A DNA stretch of 64,000 nt from Blasia pusilla. Its lineage: Eukaryota. Position numbers and translations under genes: made by a program. The stretch is taken from positions 48,236,001 to 48,300,000 of the forward strand of contig CM114271.1 in the NCBI GenBank assembly GCA_050084515.1, written 5' to 3'. The first letter of the stretch is position 1, and each line of letters begins with the position of its first letter. The notes beneath the pieces were generated by a model. It was not told the DNA's origin and did no database searches. It was given only the letters and a program-made list of their open reading frames with translations. This document shows positions 11,714 through 23,850 of the stretch, piece after piece.

Positions 11714-14700
11714 CTTGGTTGGGTTTAAACCCCAAAATTACAAGTCCCGACAGACCTAGTATGTTGGGACGACATGTTCTAAAGCACTGCTCTTGGGTAG
11801 CTTATAATGAGTGAATCGCGTGCAAGCAATATAGCAATACTCTCTATCGAGTTGCCCCTTGCTGTAGCTGGAACTTGTAGTGAGCTTGCAATGTCGTTCC
11901 CCTGGTTGGTAGGTGTGGATTAGTGTGTCTGTAATCCATATGACTTGTGGCAGTTGTGCCACAAGTAAGGTGTCGAGTGGACTTAGTTGGAGAAATGGAG
12001 ACCTCTTCTTCTTTTGAAGCTGGATTCACGGGCCCTCCTCTACAGCTTAATGCCACGACTGTTGACCTTGGCAGGTCGTGATGATCTCTGGGGGTAACAA
12101 GCGGGCTCTCTTTGGGCACCGTGCCGCTTGGAGGCAGCCCCTCCGCACAAATAGGACAGTGAGTCCCTGTCTGGACTCTCGGGCTGGGAGCTTAAACATT
12201 CTCCCTAGATCCTAAATTAGTTGTTTGCCAAACCTCTACATATAATCAGCGGCCTTGAGCCCAATATATCTCCATTCTCCCAAGCTTGTGAGAAGTATCA
12301 ATTCACCTATCAAAGGCGCATACCAAAGCTGGGCAAGAAATAACGGCATGTTTATGTGCATCATTAAGCTAGGCAAGGAATACCGGCATGTTTATGTGAG
12401 ACGATCAAAGGCCCCCTATAGTTTGGATGTGGGCAGAGAGTTCAATATGGTCTATAGGAGGAGACCACGGTTCCACATGATCATTTTTTATGTACGTCCC
12501 ACAATAGACTTCGTCTTATTTAAGATCATGTGTGCAACTTTGGGCTTTGAATTCCTGGCTATTGATGGAGTAACTCGGATGATGAATGGCCGTCAATGTA
12601 TCTTCAAGGTGTCCATCAAGGGCAGAGGAGGCCAATACTTTGCTTGGCACAAAAACCAAGTGTCTCAAGAACTGAGACGTGCCTACAACTGGAGGGCTAT
12701 GGTAGTCGAGGGTGGTTCCAGCTTGATGGAAAGGCCCATCTCCACAAAACCGTTGGTGATCTACACACCTCATATCTTTAGTGCTCTCCAAGGAACCAAC
12801 CATGAAGAGCCTGCACATGAAGAGGTTCCATGTTGCAAGCAGCCACACCTATGCCAAAAACGTGCTTGCTGACCCCCAACCCACTTAGTGATAGGTCTCC
12901 ATTTTGGTACCTAGAACTTCTGTGGACTGACACATGCAATGAAGCACCTAGAGGTTGTTGAAGTTTTGCTGAAAAATCAAATACATATATGCAGTGGTCA
13001 GGAAACTTGGGAAACCAAGTTAATGGAGATACCCCATGTACCACACTATGCATGGTTTGGAAAGATGTGCAGCACCCAGGCGGACAACAACAAAGGTATA
13101 TATGAAGGGTGTCGGGTTCTTCATTAGAGACTTCATGGTGGACAAGTGTGATATCATCAACACAGGGCTTGAGTATGAACACAACATATGGGTCAAAGTC
13201 TGAGCAAAGTGCAACTCGTGGGATATGTATATTGGGTGTATTTACATGCCTACAAATAGTGAATCTGCTGCTGTATTAGAGGAAACTTTTGATAGTGTGA
13301 AAACTGATTGCCTTGGGTTCAAGACAAAGGGGAACATAGTCTTGCTGGGAGACTTCAACAGCTAGGTGGGGCAAGGCACCGATTCCCAAGCGGAGATCGG
13401 GATGTTTGGAGATGTGAGAGTTAATGGCAATGGCACAAGGCTGATCACGATGTTGAGGGAACTTCAACTGATGGCACTTAATGATAGGCATAAGGTGGAT
13501 TCCCGGCTTTGGACTTCAGGAGAATGAAAGCTCTATTGTGACTTCATAATGGATGAGGAAGGGTCACATTGGAAGATCATATCATTTAGGAGGCCAAAAT
13601 GACTAGGGTCAAATGAAGAAAGCTCTATTGTGGACTTCATAGCTGTGGATGAGGAACTCTACACACAAGAAGAAATTGAACCAAGCGACATACTCATCCA
13701 TCAATGAGAATTTCACTGAGAATCACAAAAAATTCTGGATGGAAGTGCAGAAATTGAGCAAGTCCAAGGACAAAAACAACATAAAGGCCTTGAAGAGAAA
13801 AGACGGTGGAATGGTGACCACGGCTAAATAGATCCAACATGTGTTGGAAGACCATTACAAGGAGTTAGGCAAGAAGCCCGATTGGACATCCCTTGAAGAG
13901 CAGAACTTCGAGAGGGTGGTGGAGGATTTTGTAAAGATACAACAGGAGAAGGTAGATGATGAGGTTGAGTTGGGTCCCCCATAAAACAATTGGTTCTCCC
14001 TGGCTGAGGTAGGAGCAAGGATCAAAGAACTTATGAACCACAAAGTAGGCGGTGGTGATGAGCTTGTGAATGAGTTGTTGAAGTATGGCGATGCTGCTAT
14101 GGCTCGTTCTCTAGTGAGTCTCTTCAACCTGGTCTGGCAGGCAGAAGTCATCCAACAAAGATGGCGGGCGGGAGTCATTGTGCACCTCTTCAAGAAGGGT
14201 GAGCGAGAAGACCCTGGAAAGTGTCTTACCAGGTAATACATGGCGAACACACAACCCAGGTGAAAATATTGCTAGTTCCACCAGTTCGGTCTCATGTAAG
14301 AGCTTAGGGCCAGATCAAAAGATCAGAACTCTATGATGTACTCCTTAACAACTGTAAACCCCACCTCTTTACCTTAAGAGGCTGGAGAAACCCTCTCCAC
14401 TTCACTATCACAATCCTGTCCTCACCCCACTAACCAAAACTCCTTCCATTCTCTTGAGTGCTTTGAGTGGAGTGGCCAGTGGAACCCAACAAGCACACTC
14501 TACTTAGAAATCACAGTCAAGAATGACCAGGGAAGCATAAGGTCCTCCAATGTGCTGCCTTGGACTAGTTGAATGTACCAAGGAAATCCTCTAAAGCACA
14601 CCCAACTCCTAACTCGAGGTAGTGCAATCACCTTTTTCTCCTCACTGAGTATCTAGTGAGAGCTTGGGTGTAGTTTTGAGTCCTTAGATAGAGTGCTCAG

Positions 14701-17540
14701 TGGAAATTCAACCAGCACACCTACTCAAGGCTCACAACTAGAGACTACTAAACAACATAAGGCCATCCAATACGCTGTCTAGTATAATCATCCACCCCTA
14801 GGGTAGCCTGAAAGGGGAGCAACTCTCTAGTTGCTCAAACCAACACCCACATCCCTTCTTCTTCTCCTCTTACCTTGCTGGTCCTTTGTTCTCCCTTCTT
14901 GTTCAGGTAGTAGGAGACTTAACAGGCTGAGCCCATGGTCTTCTACCTATAGGGAAGCTCAAGCATGACCCTCTCTCTCCACTCACTAATCTCTTATCAC
15001 TTACCAGACTTGGAAGTCCAGGTTGTCACACCCTAGAAGTAATCAGTGATTGGTGTCAAAGGCCATACTCAGGTGGGTAGAACAGCAAGCTTTCAAAGCA
15101 TACCTTGGAGGAGCACAATCTTGGAACCCAAGCTTTCCTCCCCTCTATTGGTATAGCCTCTTGTACACTCACTACACGTTTGAATGATTAGTTGAACCAG
15201 CTCCAAGAATCTCACTTCATCAAGCCCCCCAACTCATCACTCAATCATGCACAAACTCAGATACAGGGCAGTGGAGTGAAATCATTTCACAGGGCTACTT
15301 TCTGTGTATCACAAAATCATCGAGTACATGGGAGACCTTCTTAGTCTCAGCCCCCTTCAAGCACACTAGACACTACCTAGATCTAGGAGCACATACTCTG
15401 CTGGTTAGCTTGGCTCAAGAGATCGAGTGTCTACTAGCCAAAAACATGTATGCCCCCTTCAACTAAACCAAATTGAGTATTTATAAGTGAAGCTGAGAGC
15501 CCTCTACCCACTTGGGCTTCTCTAGCATTCTGATTTCCTACCTTCCTACAAATCTACATCCCCCTAAGCATCTACTGCCTGAAATTTCTACCTCATCTAC
15601 TTGTGAACCTGTCTTAACTAAAGTCTCTTGAGCAGCATTGATGGCATAGGCTCGACTTGTCTCTTGGACATGCTTGAAGGTAAGATCTACCTTTACGGGG
15701 GCTGGTATTCTGGCAGGAGAGAGTAAGAGAGGAGAGTCTCTCTTAAAAAAAAAGGGCCAAATCCGCCTCCTCTCTTCAAAACTTTATGACATATTTGAAA
15801 TTTTTGTTTGCTTTCAAATCCATGAAATCTTTAGAAGAGAGTAGGTAGTGGTCCACATTTGGCCCTAAAAAAACCTCCTTTTTCCTTGGGGCGAAAAAAA
15901 AGTAGACATCATAAGACCACTACAAACATTTTTCCATCTCCTCATCTCGGTCAAAAAAAAGCAATGCCCTTGGTATTTTTGTTGGAGGACCACCCGGATG
16001 CCAACCCTAAGCATCTACTCCAAGGCATCTACTGCCTGAAATTTCTACCTCATCTACTTCTGAACCTGCCCTAACTAAAGCCTCTTGAGCAACATTGATG
16101 GCATAGGCTCGACCTGTCTCTTGGACATGCTTGAAGGTGAGATCTACCTCTATATTCTTCCCATGCTTGCTTCTTCTCAATCTGGTTCGAGCCCCTGCCT
16201 CGTTCACACCTCCACTTAGCTCCATCTACACAAATCTTCCAGAAATCACTCCTTGGATCCTCTCAACTCCATAGATCTCTCCTTGATTCTCAAGCTTTAT
16301 GGCCTTCAAATGAGGTCCTCTAGGCTTCCATGAGGAATCTTCTAGCCCACAAGATTCCAAGCATTTGAGCTCAGCCTCCATTGACCTCTTCTTAGCCCCT
16401 TATTCTTCATTTCTTGGCCCTAACAATCAGATCCACCCCTTGGTTCAAACCCTCCTCTACAACAAAGCAATCAAGCACTCTATCTCCTTCATTGGATACC
16501 CCGAGACTCCCTAGTGCCTACACCATCTCCTTGTCTCCTCTAGGCTTGAGGTCAATGGAGTGACTTGGCTGCATTATCACCTTGTACAATCTTCTTGACT
16601 TGTTCTTGACAAACTTTTGTCTTTGGCCTTTCTCTTGCACCACCTCCACAAGTCCAAAAACATATTCCAGAAAACTTTTACAAACACCATTATGGGTTCA
16701 AAAAATCCTTATTACCTCCGAAGGAACCTCGAAATGTACATTGAACCTAGTCTATGATTTCTTCAGCCTCGTCATCTACAAATTTACTCCTAACTCTCCT
16801 CGGTGACAAGTACCAAAGGAATGTCTTGGGATTCAAGTGGCTCCTCCGGCCGGTTGTAGACGGGATCAAAATGTTGGCGACTCGAGAGCCTTGGCCCCCC
16901 TAGGTACACCATAACGGTCCCATGTAACCTGTCTCGAGTCCCACCGCCTTCCTTGGCAAAAGATACCTTGTACGCTCTGCAATGTAACACCCATCCAGTA
17001 TCAATATCTGCTCCGTCCCCGGTAATACCACTATGGCAACCGCACAGGTAGAAGGAATCCAACACGTCTGAGAGAAGAAAAGAAGCCTATGCATACCTTT
17101 ACGAGTTGAGGGGAAGGTGCCAAGGGAAGAAGCCCGCCAGACTGCCTGATCCGAAAGGGTTCGATCAGGCAACCTGTCGGAATTAGACAGGTTGCCTGGA
17201 GGTGGTAAAAAGGGTCCAGTGGTCAAAAAGCGAAAAGTTGCAAGGAGGAGAAATCCGACGGGTTGCAGTGGTCATAAAGTGAAAATTGCAAGCACGAGAA
17301 ATCCGACGCTTTGCAAAGTAGAAGACCGTGGAGTACATAGACGATCACATTCAAAAAGACAAAATGATCACCAAACATTTACAAGCACCACCATCGATCG
17401 AAAAAATCTTCTGCTTTATATCATCCGAAAAAAGCTCGGAACTATACATTTGATCTATTCTATGAAATCTTTTGCCAAATTATCAAAAAACTCCCTACTC
17501 CAAACGCTGCAGTCAAGCTGGGTCGTTGAGTTCTTTGAAC

Positions 17541-20500
17541 TCACTCGTCATCGTCCGAGAGCTCTTGCAAAATCACTTTCGGCCTTGCCCTCCCGATTTT
17601 GGGAATCGTTGGAAGTGACGATGGAGTCACTACCAAGGGATGGCTCGAACCGAGCTCGGCTTCGTGGAGAGTTGTACGCCCCAACGAGCCTTTCAGATTC
17701 GCTTTGCCTCCTTGCAAAGGTCAAACAGCTTCCGCCTTCCTCGAGGCAGAATGTTCTCGCCACTCTTCCAGCCGCCTCGACGATACTCGCCCCCTGAAAG
17801 GCCCACTAAGTCGAACACCAAGTCACCCGGCCTTGAGTAGAGCTCGATGAGCGCTTGCATCGGGTGGCGACTTTTCCCTTCCTCCCAAAAGCGGGTATGT
17901 CTTGCATGTAAATTCCGGGGAATTGTACAAACTATCTAAGCTGCACGCCCGAGCATGGATCCACAGGATCCTGGATCTTGAACACTGAAATTGTGCTCGG
18001 GCCGAACGGCAAAGACACGAGGGAGTGGTCCATCTCTAAATCAAAGACGAAACAATGTTTAAAACTAAAGAAGTCGCTTTGAGAAGATTTTCAATAATCG
18101 ACTTTGATCAACTCGCCGGAGTCCGACGGGTTGTTTTGTCTCGACCCACCCGCCGGAACCCGACGGGTTGCGCTTGCTTTTGGGTTTTCCAAGTTGATTT
18201 TGGTTTTCGGATGCAACCCGCCGGAAGGCGACGGGTTGTCGCCCAGACCAGCCCATGCTCGCTTCTCGAGAGCAACCCGCCGCTATTAGACGGTTGCATC
18301 CAAAACAAAATCAATCAGCAACCCGACGGAACCCGACGGGTTGCGTACACCGCGTTTTCCCCCTGTATGTGGGAAAGATGCAACCCGCCGAAACCGACGG
18401 GTTGTTTCTCACGAGCATGGGTCGCTCTAAGCCAAAGAACCCATCGCTTCCGACGGGTTGCTCACGGACAAAAAAACCCAGATCGACTCTCATTCTACAC
18501 ATCATTATAAGATAATTGAAATTATTGTACAGAATATAGCCTTACCCGAATCTGATTCGTTGCGGATCGGAGTGGGTACTGCTTTTGATGATCCATGATT
18601 GTGTCGCCCTCCACTTTAGCGACCTCTTGACGACTGGGAGGTTGAAGAGCTCGCCCTCGCTCCCTCCATCAACACCAAGAAGCAGCCCCCTGCCACTCGG
18701 GATAGGCGTCGCAAAGGAGAACAAAAGTGCACTGGTCATAAGTGAGCGGCGATTCCACTCAGTACCTCGTCCGCCGGATTTTCGCCCCAAAGTCGCAACC
18801 CCGAGGGCAGATCGGCGATCAAGAGATCCACCGCAACCTCTTCCACCACTCCATTCACCGCCCGGCAGCGTGCCCGCTTTCGCTGGAGCTTCCTTCCAGC
18901 CGTTGTCAATTTTTTGATGGCGCTTGTCGACGCTTGAGAACTGAAGTTGTTCACTCATCCAAGAAAGAGGTGAATCAAGGAGGACGCTTGTCCGGTCGTT
19001 GTTTGTCCGTGTCTTCCCAAGGATGATGGGCTGTATTCTCCTTGGGACAACCCGGCACCTCTCGCTCCGCTTCTCTAGTCTGGGGGACGGCTTGTCGGGG
19101 TTTCGATGACCTCGATTCTGGTGGCGTTTTCTTTGCCGAGGACCTGGTCCGACCCTCTCTTCCGCTCGTCCGGACGATTCCGCCTATGGCCTCTCATCTT
19201 CAGGCTCTCTTTGGGAAGTCTCGGCCTCTGAATTTTTCCCCTCGCTTTGCCTTTGAGACGCCTGTGGATTTGTCTTTGGTGTCCGGACCTTGGAAGCCAA
19301 CTCACTGCCTCTGGGCCTCGCTTCTTCAGCATCTCCTCCAAGAAGTCTTCAGCCGGACGAAATTGGGGATGTCGTCTTGTCCCGAGGCCATTGCATCATG
19401 AAGCACTCGTAAGTCCTTATCCGCGATGTCTTCAGTGGTCGTTGAAGTCGAGCCAAATGGGGCAATTCTCCACCTCCCAATCCGACATGTCCGACCCATC
19501 TCCACGTCGTACATGGAGAATGTCTCTACATCCGCGGCGGCCCACAATTTCAAGGCTACCGCAATTTTTCCCCACGACGCGTGCGTTCTTACACCGACGA
19601 GGTACTGAATACCATCCGTTGGGCGCTTTTAGTCAAACATTATCGGCCGTCTTCCTCAGAGATCTCGCTTCTTCATCGCTTGATCCCGTTTGTTACCCTC
19701 TACTTCTTCGTCAAGCTCGCTCGAGGGAGGACGCAAACCTTGAACATGGTCTTGAATCCAGGGTTCTTGGTTGGCTTGTCCCGGATGTTGTCGAGCCAAA
19801 CCTCGTAATCTCCAGAACTTTCAAGGTTTGCTTCCGGCGGAATGGGCTCTAATCTTCTCGAGCCCGCTGCGCACCGTCAAAGACTGACTTCCCGATTACC
19901 CACAACGCATCCCAGAACGACCATTCGCGTAGCCAATGTGAGATCAGTGGATCGGACACACCTGGAGGATGGTGTGCCGCCCTCTTCTGGGCCTCTGAGC
20001 CCTCGAGACTGATTTTCATTAGTCGTATCCTCTTGAACTCGCTAATCCCGATAACGCAAAACGATGCACGCGATCCAGCGACACTTTCTCCCCAATCCGA
20101 CCATGCGGATCTTCATCCCTCTTCCGCTGACGCTTGATAATCGCCTTGAGCTCCTTGTAGAACTCCGGACCAAGTTCGGGGTTGAGAATGCTGATGTATC
20201 GCTGCATCTTGCTCGCCGTGTATTTCGTTGCAGCAGATACAGCAACTTGGATGAATTTGGCGCACTCAGACGCAGATACCTTCTCCCTCCGCTCCAGCTC
20301 CAGTGCAGCGCTTTTCTTCGCGGCCTGTATCTTTGACCAACAAAGGATGGTTACGGCTGCATCTTGAGAAATAAACTTGTTTGCCCAAGTTTTCTTCTTA
20401 ATTTGAGCACCCTTTGCAAGCATCTGATTACGGAGGCATCGCCCAAGAACCCTCAGACTCTCCCGGGTGCGTCGTAAGCACCTTCCTCACCCGATCGCGA

Positions 20501-22594
20501 TCCCCGGATCCAATGGTGGGTAACATTCCCTCCGATACAATCCTCGCACATCCAAACTCAACCCGTCAGGAAATTACATGGGTTCGTGCAACCCGTCGGA
20601 CTCCAACGGGTCGTCACAGCTTAGGGTCGGATTCTAGCAACAAGCTAAATGATGCAACCCGTCGGAGTCCGACGGGTTGCATTCAGATTTGCTAATGCCA
20701 GGTAAGCAACTCGTCGGACTCCGACGGGTTCTGCCGGATCGCGACGCTTTTTCGGATGTTTTTAAGATTGCAACTTCGCGGACTCCGACGACTTGTATGA
20801 TTGAACATAGATTTAACTAGTTGTTGGCCCAAAGCAAACCCTCGAGTCCACGGGTTGCTCGATAAGGTCGCCTTGTGAGGTTTTTTTAAGAATGCAAACT
20901 CGCCGGACTCGACAAGTTGTTTCGAGTAACTCGGAGGTTTAGAAGGTTTTGCCCCAAAGCAACCCGCCGGAGTCCGACGGGTTGCTTTGCCTCGGCTATT
21001 TCTCCCTAATCAACCCGTCGGAGTCCGACGGGTTGATTTCGGCCAAAAATAGTTTCGAGGCAAGTTACCCGTCGGACTCCGACGGGTTCCTTTGGGGCAA
21101 AAACCTTCTAAACCTGCAGTCACTCGAGCAACTCGTCGGAGTCCGACGAGTTGCATTCTTAAAAAAACAACCTCACAAGGCGGCCTTTCGAGCAACCCGT
21201 TGGACTCCGACGGTTTGCTTTGGGCCAAAAACTAGTTAAATCTACGTTCCATCAAACAAGTCGCCGAGTCCGACGAAAGTGTCAATCTTAAAAGACATTC
21301 GAAAATCAGGCTTAGCAACCCGTCGGAGTCCGACGAGTTGCTTTCTGCCTAAACAAACCTAACCCATTCATCAATCGATCAACTCGTTGGAGTCCGACGA
21401 GTTGCGAAAGTGTTAAAGATACTTACGTGTTCATGGCATGCATTGCCATCTCCACCGTCGCCATGTGATGAGGGTATGGGTGAAGGACCACTGCCTTCAC
21501 GCAGAAATGTGCCTCCAATGAGTTGGGGCGCTCCTCCACAAACTTGGTCCATGCCATGAACTGTGATTTCCATCCCGGATGAAGAAATGCAGATTCCTCA
21601 TCCGGCTGAATTCCGTGCCCTCAACTTGCCTTCAAGTCCTGGTCTCGCATCCTCCGAGAATGTGTCGAGATTTTCCAAGTCCTCCTTGGTAACCAGAGCT
21701 TGGGTTCCATGCTCGTCGTAAGGCTGAACATAGAAGGGAGGAAAACGCCCACGAGGGATGTCGCCGCCACGATTGTTTTAGCTTTTGCGATGTCCTCGTC
21801 GAATCAGATTTCGCGGACGTATTCCATTGTCCTTAATCGGCAGAGTGGAATCCTCGGGCGTTAGGCCCTCCATGAGTGCCATCTCGCTTTACCACTGTCG
21901 AACCGGGACAAGAGGAATAAGCTACACTGAAATCCCAATGAATTGCAATTCACATAATTAAAAAACCATAACCTCTCTTACCCGCTTCGAAAATGGAGTC
22001 GGTTTCTTGACCACTAACTTGCGAGACAGGGTGGCAAATCGATTGGGAACTCGTCGATCCGATAGAGGTCGATGTCCTCCGCCGGGCTTGGAGTCAAGAA
22101 TGACCGCTCTCCGGCTTCTTCCGCCATGTCCACCATCTCCACGCTGGCGGTCCTCATGACCTCGTCGTCATCGAGTTGAACTAGTGTTGTTTCCACTATG
22201 TTGATTGTGTCCCCGGACTTCGTGGGGGACATTTCCCGCATCTCAACACTTGCGGTTGGACGGGCTGGGCTATCGCTTTTTCCCACCTCGCTTTAGCCAA
22301 TTCCGCCCTCCTCACCGACGCGTCCAGACGCTTCTTTTCTCTCTTTTCGTCGGCGATCCTTTTCTTCAAGGCCTGCGACGTCTCGGCCTCTTTGTTCTGT
22401 TTATCTAGCGCCGCTTGAACACGTCTCGCCAAAAGCACTTGGTTGTGCATCTCTGCTTCCCTTTCCCGCTCCTCGATTTCCTGCTGCCTAATTTCATTCG
22501 CCGAACGAGGCGCAGGAGAAGCTAACGCAGGAGTCCTAATGGACTTGGGAGTGAAGCTCCCGGACTTGTTGGCTTGTGTTTTTTTCCTCGTCAT
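17541..22594 (-). pseudogene. Spliced cargo gene, copy 2: ParB/Srx-like domain plus beta-class amino-methyltransferase-like domain
   Basis: Starts MTRKKTQANKSGSFTPKS (22594). Exon about 21894-21427 reads FPPFYVQP...LHFFIRDGNH[R]FMAWTKFVEERP...AMHAMN, then donor GTAAGT. VAVDLLIADLPSG lies at about 18800-18840 and LVFDLVGLSGAS at about 17785-17825; stop at 17541-17543. Many 1-bp indels. Confidence 0.75.
20570..21410. repeat. Intronic palindrome array
   Basis: Includes a perfect ATGCAACCCGTCGGA-G-TCCGACGGGTTGCAT at 20652-20682, with more than ten variants around it. Confidence 0.9.
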
Positions 22595-23850
22595 TTTTGC
22601 CGGAAATGCCTCCGCCTATGTCCACGATGAATCCCTTGATCAGTCGCCTTGCTGATGTCGAGATGGGAACTCGTCTCGCCTTGGTGGTTAGCTCGAATCG
22701 TCCCGATATCGCTCGGTCGAACCGTCTCGCTCTCGTTCCGTCCTATCGACTCGCGATGTGTCGCCGCGTGAAATGCCCCTTCAGATCGATCGCCTCGCTG
22801 GGAGAATGAGGAGTGAGGAATGAAGATCGCGAAATGAGAAACCGGAAATGAGCGACTTCTGCCCTATTTATACTTTTCTAGCCGTTGGGCTGACCGTTGG
22901 GTCCCGTCGTCCTTTCGACGGCGACGTGCCGAATGTAACGGAAGTCCGGACGTGAAAAATCGCAACCCGTCGGAGTCCGACAGGTTGCGCGGCTCCGCCA
23001 TCCTGGGTACGTCGCCACGTGCGCGAGCAACCCGTCGGAGCCCGACGGGTTGAGCGCCTCCCATCGTCTTCGGAAAAGAACGCGAGGTACCCGCGCAACC
23101 CGTCGGAGACTGACATGTTGCGTGCCTCCGCCATCTTGCGAACGTCGCCACGTGCGCGAGCAACCCGTCGGAGACCGACAGGTTGAGCGCCTCCGTCGTC
23201 TTCGGAAAACAACGCGAGGTACCCGCGCAAGCCGTCGGAGACCGACATGTTGCGCGCCTCCGCCGTGTTTGGGACGGGAACGGGACGTATTTTGGGCAAT
23301 CCGTCGGAGACTGTTGGGTTGCACGCTTCCCTTATCAAGGGTTAGGAACGATGGCTTCCCATGCAAGTCGTCGGAGTCTGGCTGGCTGCACCACAAGGCG
23401 ACGCCCTTGCGCAACCCGTTGGACGGCGACGGGTTGCACGCCTCGCCGGGAACAGACGGTTTGCACGCCTCCGGCATCTTTGAGCAAGAAGGAGCGGTAT
23501 CCCAGAAAGTCGTCGGAGAGCGACGGGTTGCTCGCTTCGACAATGTTTTAGAGCGTGCAACCCGTCCGATGCCGACGGGTTGCGTGCTTCGTAAGCTTCG
23601 GGTAATTTTCGAGTTACAGGACTCGACGGTTCCAAGTGATGCGCAACCCTCTGCTTCCCAAATCCGATAACATATTGCAACACAATTGAATGTGTTACAG
23701 AATTGGATCCATTGTGTCAGACAATCTCCCCCACCGAATTCATCTTGTTAGTAAAAATCTGTCAGGAGTATCTGTTTCCTATTCACTATAAATTAAATAT
23801 TCTCATTCTCATTCTCATTCTCAATCTCCTCCCGTAGGAATCTTCTTGGA

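Noticed and set aside
15686-15696. 11-bp TSD TCTACCTTTAC
   Set aside because: The copy 3 terminus (GAGG... at 46840) shows the extra TC belongs to the element end, leaving a 9-bp TSD.
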